64,000 nucleotides of DNA from an uncultured Spirochaetales bacterium. Lineage in GTDB: Bacteria > Spirochaetota > Spirochaetia > CAYLLE01. Positions 39,502 through 48,781 of this stretch are shown piece by piece (position 1 is the stretch's first letter; each line of letters begins with the position of its first letter). The notes beneath the pieces are model-generated. The model did no database searches. It worked only from the letters and a program-made list of their open reading frames with translations, and had not been told where the DNA came from. A program made the translations under genes and the position numbers. Where the stretch lies: contig CAZUAE010000006.1 in NCBI GenBank assembly GCA_964618265.1, positions 18,830 through 82,829 of the forward strand. The letters are read 5' to 3'.

Positions 39502-40929
39502 TTAACTTGTGCTTAAGACTGTGTAACCGCGTTCTTCTACCCCTTTAATGGTGGTATAGGTGGGCGAAATTGCGACATCGTATTTTCCCGGACATTCGTA
39601 CACGATACCCGCAGCCTTTGCCTCCGCGATCATCTGGTTGCGCTGTTTCGCTAAGGTAAGGCTTTGTTCCATTTCTTTTTCGGTACCTTCAACTATTTCC
39701 GGGTATTCATCTTCGCTCCAGTCCGGATGCCGAGAAACCATTGTCGGCTTATTATAGGGATTACCCGTATCAGGATCCTTGAGAGTGATGATTATTCCGT
39801 TATCAATTTTGAAGGTTTTCCCTTCTATCCCGTGAGCTCCCCAGTTGAATCTTCTGTCGTCCCCAAAAAATGTAGTTACATAATCGTTTATCATCGCTTT
39901 AGGATTTTTGGTTGATGAAAGGAGCACCCAGGGACCGCCACCCGTCACCGCGTGATTTATGTTCTCTGTTCTGTTCCCTTTGAGCCCCATTATTAAACCC
40001 ACTTCTGCATCGGACACATTTTTCTGGAGTTCCGTGGTTCCTGCACCCAGCCCCCAGTTAAGCCAATAAAAGGTTGAACCGTACTTTCCTGACCAGAACT
40101 TTTCCCGCATGGTACTACCCTTGTTTGTGAACACCTCCGGATCCAAGATGCCGTCTCGGTAAATCATCCGCATGTAATCTAAAGCTTCCAGCATTTCGGG
40201 TTTTAACATGCTGTCAATATACTGATTTTCGTTGGGGTCCCATACAATTGGATCTGCGCCGAAGTTGTTGAGTCTGGCATCAAATGTCTGGAAGATGTCC
40301 TGAAGGTTCCAAGTTCCCGCGGAGACCATGCCGTAGGTATCGTCTTTTCCGTTACCGTCAGGATCATTCTGTACAAAGGCCTTCATTACTTTTGTAAGTT
40401 TATCGATGGTTTCCGGCTGTTCCATGTCCAGGTTGTCGAGCCAGTCTTTGCGTATAGCTCTTGCAAAGGCTCCACCTTTCCATCCGGAGGGAACAGCGTA
40501 GGTGATTCCGCCGTATTGATATAACGATTTGAAGTAATCAGGTAACGCTTTCCAGGTGGGATTCCCCTCCAGGTAATCATTCAAAGGTTCAATGGTTCCG
40601 TCATCAATGGCCTTTAATACGTCTCCCGGTGTGAATAACCCTACCATTCCCGACAATTCGCCGGAAGTTATCATTAAATTGACCTTCTCCATGTAGTTAT
40701 TCCGAAGAAGTGCGTTTACTTTGAGTCTGACACCGAATTCATTATAAAACTCGTCGATGTACTCTTCTTTAAGGTCCGGATCATCGGAAGAATCTCCGAA
40801 GTAAAAAATCTTAGTCAGCTCTATGAAAGGTTCATCTCCCGTTGCACCGCTTTTCTCCGCATCTCCTTTTGCCCAGATCATAGAACTCAAAAGAAGAAGT
40901 CCAAGAACAAAAAAACATGTTTTTTTCAT
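39502..40929 (-). CDS. ABC-transporter extracellular solute-binding lipoprotein, family 1 (sugar-binding, LplA/YesO-like)
   Basis: Signal peptide MKKTCFFVLGLLLLSSMIWA and family-1 SBP fold over 475 aa. SD AAGGAGG 6 nt upstream. Confidence 0.8.
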   Translation of the reverse strand: MKKTCFFVLGLLLLSSMIWAKGDAEKSGATGDEPFIELTKIFYFGDSSDDPDLKEEYIDEFYNEFGVRLKVNALLRNNYMEKVNLMITSGELSGMVGLFTPGDVLKAIDDGTIEPLNDYLEGNPTWKALPDYFKSLYQYGGITYAVPSGWKGGAFARAIRKDWLDNLDMEQPETIDKLTKVMKAFVQNDPDGNGKDDTYGMVSAGTWNLQDIFQTFDARLNNFGADPIVWDPNENQYIDSMLKPEMLEALDYMRMIYRDGILDPEVFTNKGSTMREKFWSGKYGSTFYWLNWGLGAGTTELQKNVSDAEVGLIMGLKGNRTENINHAVTGGGPWVLLSSTKNPKAMINDYVTTFFGDDRRFNWGAHGIEGKTFKIDNGIIITLKDPDTGNPYNKPTMVSRHPDWSEDEYPEIVEGTEKEMEQSLTLAKQRNQMIAEAKAAGIVYECPGKYDVAISPTYTTIKGVEERGYTVLSTS

Positions 40930-41039
40930 CTAATACCTCCTTGATTTAACATTCCTGCTAAATTTTTGTTTTATGATAGCACGGAGAGGAGGTATTACAA
41001 GGCGGATTATTTTTGTTTTTTACCGGGTTATTTTTAAAT

Positions 41040-41723
41040 CTATAGAAGATGGCCCATCTTATTGCGTTTAGTGTCCAGATATTTGGCGTTATATGGGTTA
41101 GGGGGGATTTTCAAAGGTATCCTGTTTTGTATTTTGATTCCTTGCTCTTCCAGACTTGTCATTTTGAAAGGATTGTTGGTAATAAGGGAAACAGAAGTTA
41201 TTCCGAATCTTCTAATAATGGCGGCAGCCACAGTAAAATCACGGACATCCGCGGGAAAACCGAGGTAATGATTTGCTTCTACGGTATCTAAACCCAGATC
41301 CTGCATGTGATAGGCCCGTATTTTATTAATAAGGCCGATTCCCCTTCCTTCCTGTTTCAAATAGATGAGGAGTCCCGGACCGTGTTTTCCAATATACTCT
41401 ATTGACTGTTCTAGCTGCTCTCTGCAGTCACACCTCAGGGAACCTAAAACGTCTCCGGTATGGCATTGGGAATGAATCCGTACCGGACATCCTTCAACCC
41501 CTTCAATTTTCTCATGCACTAAAGCTGTATGCTCCAGTTTTTTTTGTTTGTCGTAAAAGCCATAGATAGTGAATTCCCCTGCCTTTGTGGGTAGATCGGC
41601 ACAGCCGCCCAACTCTACTATTTCAATATCATTGGGTAATTTGGATTCATCTTGCCAGTCTTTACATTCGTCTTCCTCAACAACCGATGGAATCGGGTTG
41701 TCAGCTTCTTTTTTACAGTTCAT
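41040..41723 (-). CDS. ribA: GTP cyclohydrolase II
   Basis: RIHSQCHTGDVLGSLRCDCREQL zinc site and QEGRGIGLINKIRAY...TVEANHYLGF...NNP...YLDTKRNKMGHLL are colinear with E. coli RibA. Carries a ~40-aa N-terminal extension. Confidence 0.9.
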   Translation of the reverse strand: MNCKKEADNPIPSVVEEDECKDWQDESKLPNDIEIVELGGCADLPTKAGEFTIYGFYDKQKKLEHTALVHEKIEGVEGCPVRIHSQCHTGDVLGSLRCDCREQLEQSIEYIGKHGPGLLIYLKQEGRGIGLINKIRAYHMQDLGLDTVEANHYLGFPADVRDFTVAAAIIRRFGITSVSLITNNPFKMTSLEEQGIKIQNRIPLKIPPNPYNAKYLDTKRNKMGHLL

Positions 41724-41772
41724 AGTTTAATAATATACGTATGATTTATAATTTCAGTCAAATAAAAAATAT

Positions 41773-42654
41773 TTGCTCAAGCTCAATACGTTACGTCGGA
41801 TTTGTAGTTATATTTGCCTTATGAGAAGCAGTACACGGCGATACTACGATGCCAATACCCGAAGATTTCTATCCCTCGGTCATGGAAGCACGGTTAAGGC
41901 GGTCAGGAGGGCGGTATGGGCTCCGGAGGTAACTGACCGAACCGAAGCAATTCAGTATGTAAACGGGAGGATAGCAGGCCTATTTTCTGAGATGGAATTC
42001 CGGAAAGTTATTGATCTCGGCTGCGGAGTCGGCGAGTCACTCATGTATCTGGAATCTGAAAATCCGCGGCCGGAGTATATCGGAATAACCCTAAGCGGAA
42101 TTCAGAAGAAGATAGGGAGACAGCTCATCAAAGAAAGGGATTCCCGAGTGAACATTTTTCAGGGCAGTTATCTCGATGAGGGTTTTTATCAGGAACATAC
42201 TGCGGGCGCACGGACTTTATTCTTCATGATAGAATCCCTGCTTCACTGCCCCGATACAGGTAAACTTTTCTCTCTGCTGCAAAGATACAGTCAGGCCGGC
42301 GACTGTCTTGTGATTTGTGATGATTTCCTGAAACGTGCTCCATGCACATATCGAGAAGAGCGTCTCCTTAAGGAATTCAGACGTAATTGGCATGCCGGGA
42401 CGGTTGCGGCAACCGATTCCCTGAAGGAACTGGTATCTCCGGCAGGATTCGATGTGGTTACGCAGGAGGACTGGACGGAATATCTGGAACTATTTCGGCC
42501 CAGGGATCGGCTTACCCGATTATTCCTTCCCCTTATTAAGATCATTCCCGGTTCGTTCCCCTGGCAGGAAAACCTGCTTGGAGGGACTGCCCTTCAGTCC
42601 CTTTTAAAGTCCGGCGTCCTGGGTTATTTTTTCGTGGCGGCCAGGAGGCGATAG
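41773..42654 (+). CDS. Class I SAM-dependent methyltransferase
   Basis: Motif I VIDLGCGVGESL and Rossmann-MTase layout. The true start is probably internal (M at 41821). Confidence 0.6.
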   Translation: MLKLNTLRRICSYICLMRSSTRRYYDANTRRFLSLGHGSTVKAVRRAVWAPEVTDRTEAIQYVNGRIAGLFSEMEFRKVIDLGCGVGESLMYLESENPRPEYIGITLSGIQKKIGRQLIKERDSRVNIFQGSYLDEGFYQEHTAGARTLFFMIESLLHCPDTGKLFSLLQRYSQAGDCLVICDDFLKRAPCTYREERLLKEFRRNWHAGTVAATDSLKELVSPAGFDVVTQEDWTEYLELFRPRDRLTRLFLPLIKIIPGSFPWQENLLGGTALQSLLKSGVLGYFFVAARRR

Positions 42655-44895
42655 TGCTGTTTCCCTGAGGAGCGGAAAGAAGTCAGACATATCGATTGAT
42701 TCTGCCTCCGTCTCAACGATAAGTCCCGGAGTAAAACCCGCTTCTTTCCAGGATGTCAGGAGTTCCGGATGGGAGCTTAGGATGTGGATGGGTACATCCG
42801 TTCCGGAGTACCGCTCCCGGATGGGAAGCCTGGGCTGATGGTCTCCTAAAACGATCATTAGACCCCATTTCCCTGCCGTGAGTTCGGCAAAACGGGTAAT
42901 ACATCCAAGAACGTAATCGATGGAGGCAGTGTAGCCTTCCGGATATTCTCCTCCCGCTAACCAGCCGTTATCGAAAAAACGGTGGCTTAGACCTTTGAAG
43001 ATAGAACCGTTTCCTAGAGAGTCCCAATCGGTAACATATGCAGGTACGATGTCGAAGGGGGTATGGCTGGAAACAAGGATAGTTTCTATGAACAAAGGTG
43101 TATTCCAGTCTTCATTGAGTAGTGATCGGATAAAATTGACAAGATACTGATCCGGCATCTCCCCCATGGAGAGTCTGGGACCTTCGTAACCAAAATCACC
43201 TTTGATGAAGGTGTGTTTGAAGGGGAAAATGGTATTCCAGTTTTCCGTCGTATATGTTGTTCCGGGAGCAGCGAATATGGTGGTATAACCCGCATCATTA
43301 AAAAACATAGGTATTGAATACGAATCGGTTTCCAGAAGTTTGTCGTAGGCGCCTTGAGTATCTATAGGAATGCCCGTCATGAGTTCCGCCTCCGCAATCC
43401 AAGACCGGCCTCCAGTAATTGGGCTTTTCAATTTACCGCTTACCGTTTCTATCCCTGCAGACTTCAATCTATTTTGGTAATGGGTATAAGATTCCTTTAG
43501 TCTGGAAAAATGCTCCTCCCGGGTGAAGATAGTCATGCCGTACGATTCCGCAACAAAAAGAAGAGCATTAGCATCCTGAAGTCCCGGCAGGCTTAGAGCG
43601 GCTGTTTCTTCTCTGTTTTGTTTTTCTATAATCTGTTTTTCAAGGTTGATGTTTGGAGGAGTTACCGAGCCAATCATCCTCAAGATAAGAGGTTTGTTGG
43701 GACTGAACCCAACGGCGGCCGAAAAAACCACAGCCCCGATTATACCTACAAGCCTGGGACGGCGTATAATACCAGGGTAGGAACCTCGATAGAGAAGGAT
43801 GCCTGCAAGCGCGGCGATACAAAGGACAAAAATGATTAGGAGAATTATAACGGTCTTCGAGGGGATCCATCCCGTCACCATTCCGAAAAGATTGCTGATA
43901 TAAGGAATATCAGACCACGGATTGAAGGATTGCCGGAAGATGTGGAGAAGAAATCCTTCTATCCCGGAGTAAAGAATTGTGATACCCGCGAGAGAACCTA
44001 AGAGAACAGTCAATATTTTTCGCAATTTACTTTTCGTATTCGGGAGCAGAGAAGCGGTGAGAAGAAAAAATGCCCCTTCCAATACAGGTATTCCTAGTCT
44101 CATGAATGAATATTCCGGAAACCAGAAATAAAATCCCGGAAGAAAGAGGAGAAGAATCATTGAAAAAGTAGATACAATTATGTTGCCGGAAAATTTCGGA
44201 AGAGTACTTTGAGGGCTGCCCATCCGCAGAGCCCACTCCCACAGGAAGGATGTTCCCAGGAGGACAAGGGCGGATATCCAGAAAATTTCAGGCGGAATCG
44301 ATGTCGGCGCCGCTGCCGCAACGAGGAAACCCTGCGCGAAGGCGCATGCTGTTTTTGCATACCAGCTAAAACTTTTAGGTAGTTTTTGCGCGCTCCCATA
44401 AGAGAAAGGAATGATGAAAAGGTAACGGAGTAAAGCGCAGATGAGTACCGCGGATGGCGCTTTGCCGGTATAGAACAGATACACAGATACAAACCAGATA
44501 AAGAGCGCATCCGTCTCTCCATCCAGAAGGCCGCCGAAAGGGGTGGGGCCGTTCCTTCGAGCCGCGAATCCGTCTGCAAGGTCCGTCAAAGCACCGGCTG
44601 TGAACAATCCGAAAATAACCCATTCCGAGACTTCAATGGGCAGAACACCGAGAGTTAATGCGGCGGCCCCTAACAGTACCCGGAGAACAGTTATCCCGTT
44701 AGCCACTAATAATACAGGACGGGAAGCCATATTAAAAAGGATTATAAAAAAAGCAAGTGACCAAAGGATAACACCGGCAATGATCAGATTTGAGCGGCTG
44801 AAGAGGATCGGAGTGACAGCGGTCAGTAGTAATGCGTGGACAGTTAAAAGATTGTCTTTAGGAACTGAATAATCCGCTCCATCGTTTCTTTCCAT
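42604..44895 (-). CDS. Bifunctional membrane protein: N-terminal CDP-alcohol phosphatidyltransferase plus C-terminal LtaS/sulfatase-like (alkaline-phosphatase superfamily) phosphotransferase
   Basis: CDP-OH-P motif TDLADGFAARRNGPTPFGGLLDGETDALF, at least ten TM helices, and a C-terminal extracytoplasmic domain with LLFVAESYG and GDHQP motifs. Alternative start at the ATG at 44730 (MASRPVLLVANGITVLR). Confidence 0.7.
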   Translation of the reverse strand: MERNDGADYSVPKDNLLTVHALLLTAVTPILFSRSNLIIAGVILWSLAFFIILFNMASRPVLLVANGITVLRVLLGAAALTLGVLPIEVSEWVIFGLFTAGALTDLADGFAARRNGPTPFGGLLDGETDALFIWFVSVYLFYTGKAPSAVLICALLRYLFIIPFSYGSAQKLPKSFSWYAKTACAFAQGFLVAAAAPTSIPPEIFWISALVLLGTSFLWEWALRMGSPQSTLPKFSGNIIVSTFSMILLLFLPGFYFWFPEYSFMRLGIPVLEGAFFLLTASLLPNTKSKLRKILTVLLGSLAGITILYSGIEGFLLHIFRQSFNPWSDIPYISNLFGMVTGWIPSKTVIILLIIFVLCIAALAGILLYRGSYPGIIRRPRLVGIIGAVVFSAAVGFSPNKPLILRMIGSVTPPNINLEKQIIEKQNREETAALSLPGLQDANALLFVAESYGMTIFTREEHFSRLKESYTHYQNRLKSAGIETVSGKLKSPITGGRSWIAEAELMTGIPIDTQGAYDKLLETDSYSIPMFFNDAGYTTIFAAPGTTYTTENWNTIFPFKHTFIKGDFGYEGPRLSMGEMPDQYLVNFIRSLLNEDWNTPLFIETILVSSHTPFDIVPAYVTDWDSLGNGSIFKGLSHRFFDNGWLAGGEYPEGYTASIDYVLGCITRFAELTAGKWGLMIVLGDHQPRLPIRERYSGTDVPIHILSSHPELLTSWKEAGFTPGLIVETEAESIDMSDFFPLLRETALSPPGRHEKITQDAGL

Positions 44896-45857
44896 GATGG
44901 GTATTTTTCTCCGGTTAATGTACGAAATTCAAGAGGATTTTGCAAAACCTCGTCTATTGCTTTATGCCAATCGGAATTATTTTTACACAGCCTGGCGCGA
45001 TTTGAATAGCCTGCCGCTTCTCTAAGACCGCCGGCACCGGAGGCGATTAACCCTATCCCCGACGCTAATGCTTCCGCTGCAAATATCCCGTAGGTCTCTA
45101 GAACGGAGGGAACCAAAGCGCATGTGTACTCCGGAATGACCGCTTTAAATTCACGGTGAGGGAGCGGTTTATGGAATATTAGGCGTTCTGATACGGGACT
45201 TTGCCGGAAAAGTTCGGCCAGATATTTTCCATAAGGAGTTTTAGTCATTTTGTTCCCAATGAGATGCCATTCCCACCGGAATTTCAGATGGTCTTCTAAA
45301 ACGGGAACAAGTCTGTGCAGACCCTTAACGGGTATCCAGTTGGCTGCTGATACAAACCGGACAGGCTGTTTTTTTTGCAGCTTCTTTATAGTAACCCCTG
45401 CGTAAGATTCAATTCCGGGCGGTGCTGTGCAGATCTCTGCGTCATCACCTTTTAATTCACGAATTGCATTACCGCAAAAGTCACTGGGTACAATGAAATG
45501 ATTAAATTTTTCGGCCCTTCGCAGGCTTTCCTCAGATTGCTGTTTTCCAAAGGGCAAATAGCCGTCGAGACCTTCCTCCGGGAGGTATTCCCTCTCCATC
45601 CAGGGCAGCCAGTGAGTCAGAAGACACGCGCTGCAGCTGGAAAACGTATCCATAACCAGATCAAAAAACACCGGGTCCAAAAGAAGGATGGTATCCACCA
45701 ATATTCCGTCCGGGTTCCTGTCTTTTGGCACAGCATCGATTGTTCTAACAGTTTTTAAAGAGCAATGTTTCTTAAGCTCTGAGATCAGATGATTGTTGTA
45801 AAGATGTCCCCCGCTGGGAATCCCTGATATTGATTTTGTAAACAGAATAATTTCCAT
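44844..45857 (-). CDS. GT4-family glycosyltransferase
   Basis: E-x7-E motif ETYGIFAAEALASGIGLIAS. Start moved to MEIILFTKS (45857) so that the gene does not run through repeat copy 4. Confidence 0.7.
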   Translation of the reverse strand: MEIILFTKSISGIPSGGHLYNNHLISELKKHCSLKTVRTIDAVPKDRNPDGILVDTILLLDPVFFDLVMDTFSSCSACLLTHWLPWMEREYLPEEGLDGYLPFGKQQSEESLRRAEKFNHFIVPSDFCGNAIRELKGDDAEICTAPPGIESYAGVTIKKLQKKQPVRFVSAANWIPVKGLHRLVPVLEDHLKFRWEWHLIGNKMTKTPYGKYLAELFRQSPVSERLIFHKPLPHREFKAVIPEYTCALVPSVLETYGIFAAEALASGIGLIASGAGGLREAAGYSNRARLCKNNSDWHKAIDEVLQNPLEFRTLTGEKYPSWKETMERIIQFLKTIF

Positions 45858-45901
45858 ATAATACAATCTTCTCACAGTTTTATGTCTGCGGTAAAGGTTG
45901 A

Positions 45902-45930
45902 TGCCTAAAGGTATAAAATGAGAATTCCTC
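45902..45930 (+). repeat. Copy 4 (terminal fragment) of the structured repeat
   Basis: TGCCTAAAGGTATAAAATGAGAATTCCTC has one mismatch to 5340..5368. Lies in the divergent promoter region between the GT4 and RibD-C genes. Confidence 0.7.
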
Positions 45931-45976
45931 TCCAGCATGGACACCTGCTGGAAGTAATTGTATACTTGGAAACAAT

Positions 45977-46630
45977 ATGAATAAACCCTTCATCACCGTA
46001 AGTTACGCGCAAACAATCGACGGTAGAACAGCCACCGCTGCCGGTGAGTCCCGGTGGATTTCCGGAGAAGCAACCCTGGATTTAGCCCATACGCTCAGAA
46101 GAGATAACGATGCGGTGGTGGTGGGAATCGGTACCGTGCTAAGGGATGACCCGCTTCTTACCTGCAGGATAACCGATCCGCCCGTCAGTCCGGTACGGAT
46201 TGTCTATGACTCCTCATTACGGATTCCAATGGAGAGTCAGCTGGTTACTACCGTCGGTGAGTATCCTGTCTGTGTTATAACGTGCGATGAATGTAACCCC
46301 GAGAACGCGAAAACTCTTATGGACAGGGGAGTTGAGGTCGTTCCGGTAAAGACAAAGCGGAAACGCCCGTCTCTCCGGGAGAGTCTGGATTATCTGGTTG
46401 GAAGAGGCATCCGCAGTATATATATTGAAGGAGGGTCAAGCCTTATCACCTCTTTTCTAAAGGAGAAACTGGTGGACAGGATGATCATTGTTACCGCACC
46501 GGTCATTCTCGGTAAAGGATTGGAGGGAATCGGAGATCTTGGCATCCGTTCTTTGGGAGAGGCAATCCGCCCCAGAAGGGTTAGAACTCGGAAGGTAGGA
46601 GAAGACCTTGTTTGGGATCTGGAGCTTTGA
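45977..46630 (+). CDS. Stand-alone RibD C-terminal-domain reductase (diaminopyrimidinone-ribosyl reductase/DHFR-like family)
   Basis: FITVSYAQTIDGRTA...AVVVGIGTVLRDDP...IYIEGGSSL RibD_C pattern, 217 aa, no deaminase domain. Confidence 0.7.
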   Translation: MNKPFITVSYAQTIDGRTATAAGESRWISGEATLDLAHTLRRDNDAVVVGIGTVLRDDPLLTCRITDPPVSPVRIVYDSSLRIPMESQLVTTVGEYPVCVITCDECNPENAKTLMDRGVEVVPVKTKRKRPSLRESLDYLVGRGIRSIYIEGGSSLITSFLKEKLVDRMIIVTAPVILGKGLEGIGDLGIRSLGEAIRPRRVRTRKVGEDLVWDLEL

Positions 46631-46632
46631 CG

Positions 46633-47619
46633 GTGTCTGAAGAGTTCTGCAGAAGCCTGTACTTTACGGGAAAAGAAAACGTAGAGATAAGAAAAGAACC
46701 TTTAAAGGCACAGCCGGAGCAGATCCTGATAACTTCCCGATATATGGGGATCAGTTCCGGTACCGAAATGCTCTTTTACCGCGGAAAAATTCCGGAAGGT
46801 ATGACTATGGACGAGTCAATTCCTGCACTAAAAGGAGGGCTCGAGTATCCCGTAAAGTACGGCTACATTAATACCGGTTTAGATCCGGATGATCGGCCGG
46901 TGTTCGCCTTCTTTCCGCATCAGGATAAGTTTTATATCAATCCAAAGGATCTTATCTATCTCCCGGAAGACATTTCCCTTAGGGATGCTGTTTTTATCCC
47001 GGCAATGGAAACCGCGGTGGCTATCCATCACGCGCTTCCGGCGGAAACGGGAAGTGTGGGCGCTGTCTTCGGCCTTGGGGCGGTGGGACTGCTCGTCGCC
47101 GAGTTGGCAGTACTAAGGGATGCTTGTACCCTTTTTGCCGTTGATCCGGTTCCCGAGCGCCGCGTGTGGGCTCAAAAATTGGGAGTCGCAGTATTTCCGC
47201 CGGACGATCCGGAACTGACAGCCGCGGTAAAAGAAAAATCTGAGGGAAGGGGACTGGATTGGGCGGTAAATGTGAGTGCTTCGGGAAACGCGCTGCAGTA
47301 CTGCATCGATAATTCTGCTTTCGGAGCGGTTATAATAGAAGGTTCCTGGTATGGTACTATGAGCGTTCCTCTATATTTGGGCGGGAAATTTCATAGAAAT
47401 AGACTCGTTATAAAAAGTGTTCAGGTTTCTTCTTTAGAACCCCGTCTCTTGTGCCGCTGGACAAAAGAACGGAGGATGAAGGTAGTCATGGATATGATCC
47501 GAAAAATTGGACCCGCCGAATACATCGGAGGAGAATACCCATTAGAACGCGCGGAGGAAGCCTTTCGGAATATCGCAGCGGGAATGGAAACCGGTGTTCA
47601 GACGGTGATTTACCCATAG
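46633..47619 (+). CDS. Zinc-type/MDR-family dehydrogenase
   Basis: GLGAVGLLVAELA Rossmann. Probable GTG start at 46633, 8 nt after GGAG. The ORF-track start is a TTG at 46612 inside the upstream gene. Confidence 0.65.
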   Translation: MSEEFCRSLYFTGKENVEIRKEPLKAQPEQILITSRYMGISSGTEMLFYRGKIPEGMTMDESIPALKGGLEYPVKYGYINTGLDPDDRPVFAFFPHQDKFYINPKDLIYLPEDISLRDAVFIPAMETAVAIHHALPAETGSVGAVFGLGAVGLLVAELAVLRDACTLFAVDPVPERRVWAQKLGVAVFPPDDPELTAAVKEKSEGRGLDWAVNVSASGNALQYCIDNSAFGAVIIEGSWYGTMSVPLYLGGKFHRNRLVIKSVQVSSLEPRLLCRWTKERRMKVVMDMIRKIGPAEYIGGEYPLERAEEAFRNIAAGMETGVQTVIYP

Positions 47620-47634
47620 ACGTAAGGAGGAGTG

Positions 47635-48024
47635 ATGATTTATGAAGCCGGCGTAAGCAGGAAGCTGGATACAAGCCATTTCCTGGACGGCGATTTTGGG
47701 GATGAGAGTATTCCCCACCGTCACGATTACAGGTTTGAATTCAGCTGTGCCGCAGAAGATTTAGATCAAAACGGGTTTTCTACGGATATTTCGCTCCTCG
47801 AAACCGCGGCTGATGAAATTAGGGGTGAACTAAAAGGGGTGCTCTTAAACGATATCCCCTTTTTTAGAGACAAGCAGCCAAGTGTTGAAAATATGGCAAG
47901 ACTTATTCTTTCCCGGATGCTTTCTCGATTAGAAGAACTAGGTGAAAAAAGGAAATTCGTTAGAATCAAGGTGACTATCTGGGAATCCCCCGACGCATGG
48001 GCTTCATGTATAAAAGAGGGATAA
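47635..48024 (+). CDS. 6-pyruvoyl-tetrahydropterin synthase/QueD-fold protein lacking the catalytic cysteine
   Basis: Aligns to QueD at H...HRHDY (HGH zinc triad) and LLNDIPFF (YLNDIPGL). The conserved Cys four residues before the H-x-H is Ser/Ile here. AAGGAGG lies 4 nt before the ATG. Confidence 0.55.
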   Translation: MIYEAGVSRKLDTSHFLDGDFGDESIPHRHDYRFEFSCAAEDLDQNGFSTDISLLETAADEIRGELKGVLLNDIPFFRDKQPSVENMARLILSRMLSRLEELGEKRKFVRIKVTIWESPDAWASCIKEG

Positions 48025-48097
48025 TTCTTTGCGGATCTTTTCGGGGCTGACTAAATCTTTCCTCATTTATTATGCAATACCCTTGAGAAAGAAGAAA

Positions 48098-48781
48098 ATG
48101 AAGAAACTATACAGCAGATTTCTGGAACCAGGAGGACTGGCTTTCGATATCGGTTCCCATTTGGGAAACCGTATTCGGGCATTCAAAGCTCTGGGAGCCA
48201 GGGTAGTTGCGGTGGAACCTTCCTCAAAAACTTTTCATTTTATTAACCGTGTTTACGGTAAAAACCGCAGAGTCACATGTATTCAGAAAGCTGTCGGGAG
48301 TATGTCCGGAACCGTAACAATCTATACCGATCCAAAAAATCCTACCCTTTCTACCGTTTCGCCCGAGTGGATGGAATTAGTAAAAAAGACCAGATCCTTC
48401 AGGAAGGTTCGGTGGAACCTATCCGAAGAAGTACCTATGGTAACCTTGGATTATCTCATCCGGGAATACGGTCTTCCTGACTTCTGTAAAATTGACGCGG
48501 AGGGTTCGGAGGACCGGATCCTTTCCGGGTGTACAAAAGCATTACCGGCCCTCTCCTTTGAGTATCTGCCGATGGAAACGGGGACGGCACGGAGGTGTAT
48601 TTATCGGTTGAAAAAACTTGGATGTTACCGTTACAATATCTCCGTCAGGGAAACCATGCGTTTTCTCTGGGATAGCTGGGGAAACGCGGATGATGCTGTC
48701 CGTTTTCTCGATAGTTTAGGGGAGGATGATGCCTCCGGAGATATTTATGCGGAGATGAAGGGAGAATATGATGCAGGATAA
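48098..48781 (+). CDS. FkbM-family methyltransferase
   Basis: FDIGSHLGN and KIDAEGSE motifs. ATG at 48098. Confidence 0.7.
   Translation: MKKLYSRFLEPGGLAFDIGSHLGNRIRAFKALGARVVAVEPSSKTFHFINRVYGKNRRVTCIQKAVGSMSGTVTIYTDPKNPTLSTVSPEWMELVKKTRSFRKVRWNLSEEVPMVTLDYLIREYGLPDFCKIDAEGSEDRILSGCTKALPALSFEYLPMETGTARRCIYRLKKLGCYRYNISVRETMRFLWDSWGNADDAVRFLDSLGEDDASGDIYAEMKGEYDAG

Noticed and set aside
44844-45944. ORF-track start of the GT4 gene at 45944
   Set aside because: The extra 29 codons read straight through repeat copy 4 and encode low-complexity sequence. The ATG at 45857 gives a normal GT4 N-terminus.
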